Below are positions 60,629 to 64,000 of a DNA stretch of 64,000 nt, in pieces. A model generated the notes under the pieces. It was given only the letters and a program-made list of their open reading frames with translations, searched no databases and was not told the origin of the DNA. Position 1 is the stretch's first letter. Every line of letters begins with the position of its first letter. Both the position numbers and the translations under genes were made by a program. Source of the DNA: Raillietiella orientalis (lineage: Eukaryota); the NCBI GenBank assembly GCA_036172245.1, contig JAYWIR010000018.1:1054001-1118000 (forward strand), in the 5' to 3' direction.

Positions 60629-63232
60629 CTAGCGGTGATGGTGGCTGTGGCGATGCTCCCTGAGAGACGGGACACACCTTCGAGACGCGCATTAGCCTGG
60701 CATCGGGTCGTGCGGCTACGCGCACTCTCACCTGCACTCCTTCGTACTGAAGTGGTTGCCCGTGGAGCAGGTGTGGTGTCTATAGCAACTGCAGCGGCAG
60801 TTGTCTTCGTCCCACCAGTGGATCTCGGGGTCGTGCGTGCAGAGTTGGCGCTCCTGATTGTTGGAGCACAGACACTCGCATTCGTTCGGCCTGAATATCC
60901 GCGGAGGAGCGCAGTCCTAAAACGAGAGTCACGCCGCCCGTTCCCGTTCAGCCGGAGGCCGGAACCTTGGCCTGGGTCCGGCAGCTGCACGAACAGGAGA
61001 CGTGCTCTTCCACGGTGACGTTCACGGTACCCATGACGCGGAAGCCCTCGTCGGGGTCATATTCGGTGGCGACCACCTGCCATGCCGCGCGGCCTTCGGG
61101 CGAGCGTCCCTGCAAACGTACCTGCAGCACGCGGAACCGGGAGTCGACCGGCCGGCACTCCAGACGATCCGAATTGCAGCAGCCGCTGCAGCGAGGCAAC
61201 CGGGTGCACGACGGCCAGTAGATGACGCTTGGGCTGGGGCTTTGCTTCAGCTCGACGAGCGTGTCTGATGGCTGGCACTGGGCGGGAATGGCAAACTCTG
61301 CGGGAGACACAGAATCCCGCAGGAGGGGGAGGTCTCCGCTGACGGTTCACTTCCCGTTCCTCTCCCTCCTTGTTCCGAAGCCCCCTGCCCCTCTGCTGCG
61401 GTCTGATCTGGGAGGCAGAGTGCCAGTTGTGGGAGGTTTTCTAAGGTCCGCGCTTTTTCAGGCAGGCGAAAAGATGGTCACCGTGCCTCCGACGGTTGCG
61501 AGCGAATTCCAGGGGCTGTTAGGGACGAATGCACATCGCGACAGCCTTCACATTCCATAACGTACATCGTACGGAAGCTATTCGTAAGCCATCGATCGAA
61601 GATGGCAAGAAATTCGCGCAGCATGCTTGCCCGTAACGTCTTTTGCACTCGTCCTTACCTCGCTGAGGTGAGTTCGCGGGAATCGCTACATTGCCGACGG
61701 CCACGACGAGCTCACTCCGGATTCATGAATGTTCATCTCAGACTCGTTCCCTCACCAATTATCAGCACACGAGAAGTTCGTACAAAATGCTGATTACACG
61801 ATTTCAAGGGAAGTCTTTGCTGATGCTGCGTGCCGCGGATCAGATACTCCATGCATACACGTACATATGCGTCCATGGTACATACATATACCTATGGGGG
61901 TGTGTATGTACCTTGTCGCCTCCGCAGTTCCTGAGGAACTGCCGCCCTGGCTCCTGCCTCTCAGCCTATTCCTTTCGGTCACGCCCGCCGCTGTCTGGGC
62001 GGTTGCCTATGGGTGTGTACCATGAAATGGGTCCGCAAATTGCCCGGGTCTTCTGATGCCCCGTAAAGCCTCTCCACCTCTGGGGAACGACGCAAGTGCT
62101 CAAGGAGTGTATAAAGAGGAACTTGAACCCGAGTTTTCTTCGAGCGCAGGATCGCCGTCTTCCTCGATGGTCACTTTACCGGACGCAGGCGGTCGGTTCG
62201 GTTTGCGAGCACCCGCGCTCCGGCGTCGGAAATTTCCTCATCCAACCCGAACTTCCGAAGAGACTATTCCCTCGGAAGCAGGAAAAGGCTTCCTGCAAGC
62301 GGTGGCGGTCGAAATCCCCCGAAAAGTTTCGTTTTGTGGCGAAGGAGGCGGCGGTAGGACCGAGGCTCGAATGGCACGCGCAGAGCCAAAACCTCGGTCC
62401 CGGAGGCAAGGCGCCATCCGCGCGATGAGCTCGGCAAGACGAAGAATGGGGAACTCCCGTGCCTCAATCGCGAAAGCTCGCTGGAGCCTTTTCCTAAAAG
62501 GTTCCGTTCTGCTGCGGTGGCAGCGGAACTGAGGCTCACATGGCGCGCGCGCCGTTTCCAACGCCTCCCGGCGCCACGCGGATGAGACGGCAAATTCCAC
62601 GCGCCCGCACGCTCTCTTGGCAACTCTCCTGCCTCATCCCACCCACCCACCCCTTCCGACACGGAGGAGGCGTCCTGATCCTTCCCCGCGGGGCACCACT
62701 GCGCAGGGCGCGGGAGGAGGGAGGAAGGGTGGACCTACCGCCACCCCATGCACGGCGGGCATCCGGGGTGGAGGCGCCCGCAGCCGGGGAGGACGACCCC
62801 TCCCGTCCTCCCCTCCTCGTACCTGCTGAAACGTGTTGGTGCCTCGTCCCCAGTAGGCCGTTATGATGCTCCATCAAGTGCTCCCTCAGGAACCTCTCGA
62901 CGGTCTCGTAGGAGCCCAGGCGGTGTGCCGCGTGTGCGGAGATGCTCGCGCTCTGGTCCGGTGTCTGCGGGCTGGACTGATTCCCTTGGGACCTCAGAGA
63001 GTGACATTCTATCGCCCCTTTCCTCTCCCTGCAGACTTCCCTCCCCATAGCCCTCATCGGCTCTCTCGACCCTCCTTATTCCTCCTCCGCCCCGCGCCTA
63101 CCTCATTCGGTCGGCAGGTGGTGCGCTGCGAGGCGGTCGGAGGGGATGGCCGCCAGGACGGCCGTCCGCAGAGACAGGCGGAAGTAGCAGCACAGCACAG
63201 AGGGGTAGCGCGCAGACAACGACGAGCTCCAT
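60629..63232 (-). CDS. PDGF/VEGF-related secreted growth factor (Pvf family)
   Basis: Exon 63232-63102 encodes a signal peptide (MELVVVCALPLCAVLLLPPVSA). A prodomain-like exon ends at 62823 (ISAHAAHRLGSYETVERFLREHL; acceptor uncertain), and extra small exons between 61.3 and 62.8 kb are unresolved. Cystine-knot exons are 61297-61122 (CQP..WPSCTRLPRCSGCCNSDRLECRP) and 61076-60966 (EEHVSCSC). The CXCXC exon is 60916-60732 (CECLC..CRCSC..CSTG) and the last exon 60677-60629. The four 3' exons join in frame via GT-AG introns. Confidence 0.9.
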
Positions 63233-64000
63233 GGCAACACTGCGCCAGGGTGCTCGGGTAGCTGGACGCGGCTACGCCCCTCCCCCATCTCTCGGAAAGG
63301 GGCGGGGCTTAAACGATTCGGTCACCTTCCTCCCCTCCCCTCCGCCGCCTTCCCCCTGCATGCCACCGCCGTTCCTCGCCACTGCCCCGAGAAATTCCTT
63401 GGGTCGCCTCCAAGGTCAGCACCGCCTTCGCCCGCCTCAGGTGGTCTGAGAGATGCACACAGAAAGAAGAGAATAAACATACTCCATCTGCGGGGGCGCG
63501 GTTGAGGGTGAGCATAGCCGCGCTTCCTCGAGAGATGGCGCGCACTCCTCTCTTGCTCCTCCAAGGAGGGAAGCAGCGGAGCCCCTCTCTCCCATCCGTC
63601 CCCGGCTGCCTTCCCCGCTACTGCTGCCGCCTCTCCCGACTGCCGGGGGTTTCGGACTTCCCCGTCCCTCTGAGCGGGCACTCGCCCCCGCTGGTCGAGG
63701 GTGCCGGACCTCATCCATAGGACCGTCGGTTGGTCGGGTCCGGGGAAGAGGATGCTTCGCGCCATTCTCCCTTGGTGGCGCCGTTCTCTCCCTCCAGGTT
63801 CTCTCCTCGAGAGGACCGGAACCCCCCTTCCCAAGATACCCAGGCCACTCGAGTCTCTTGCCACCCTCGGTGACCGGCCGGGTTCACCTTCGTCTCTGGC
63901 TCTGGCCTGGACGGCGCGTATCGGCAGTACGCAAAACAGGAGTGGCTTGGAAGCAGAGCGGAGGTCGCGTGCTGGTTTCTTCCTATCTCATCTGCTGCGG

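Noticed and set aside
1..64000. CRISPR array, rRNA, operons or prokaryotic defence systems
   Set aside because: No regularly spaced repeats with unique spacers and no rRNA motifs; spliceosomal introns show the DNA is eukaryotic.

Overview
Eukaryotic (invertebrate, probably arthropod) genomic DNA. AT-rich islands (about 4-9.4 kb and 43-57.5 kb) alternate with GC-rich tracts of decayed retroelements. Four apparently intact genes can be built by hand: intronless WASHC3/CCDC53 (-), 11-exon ARID2/BAF200 (+), 2-exon VPS36 (-; GC-AG intron, stop codon only 19 nt from the ARID2 stop) and a PDGF/VEGF-family (Pvf) ligand with a signal peptide (-). There is also an orphan, probably defective 3' segment of transcription factor AP-2 and a disrupted canonical histone H3 pseudogene. 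Repeats include at least 9 fragments of L1/Tx1-like LINEs in two families and one piggyBac-like MITE. Six copies (plus one inverted fragment) of a ~0.6-0.8 kb tRNA-headed SINE carry a doubled B-box, an internal ~40-bp VNTR and a conserved tail. The best candidates for undescribed biology are this composite SINE, the covarying 3' UTR stem-loops and non-poly(A) terminal motif of LINE family A, the ARID2/VPS36 tail-to-tail overlap, and the orphan AP-2 exon. I found no CRISPR, rRNA, true tRNA gene or prokaryote-type system. All family assignments come from recognising motifs by eye, with no database search, and repeat boundaries are approximate.
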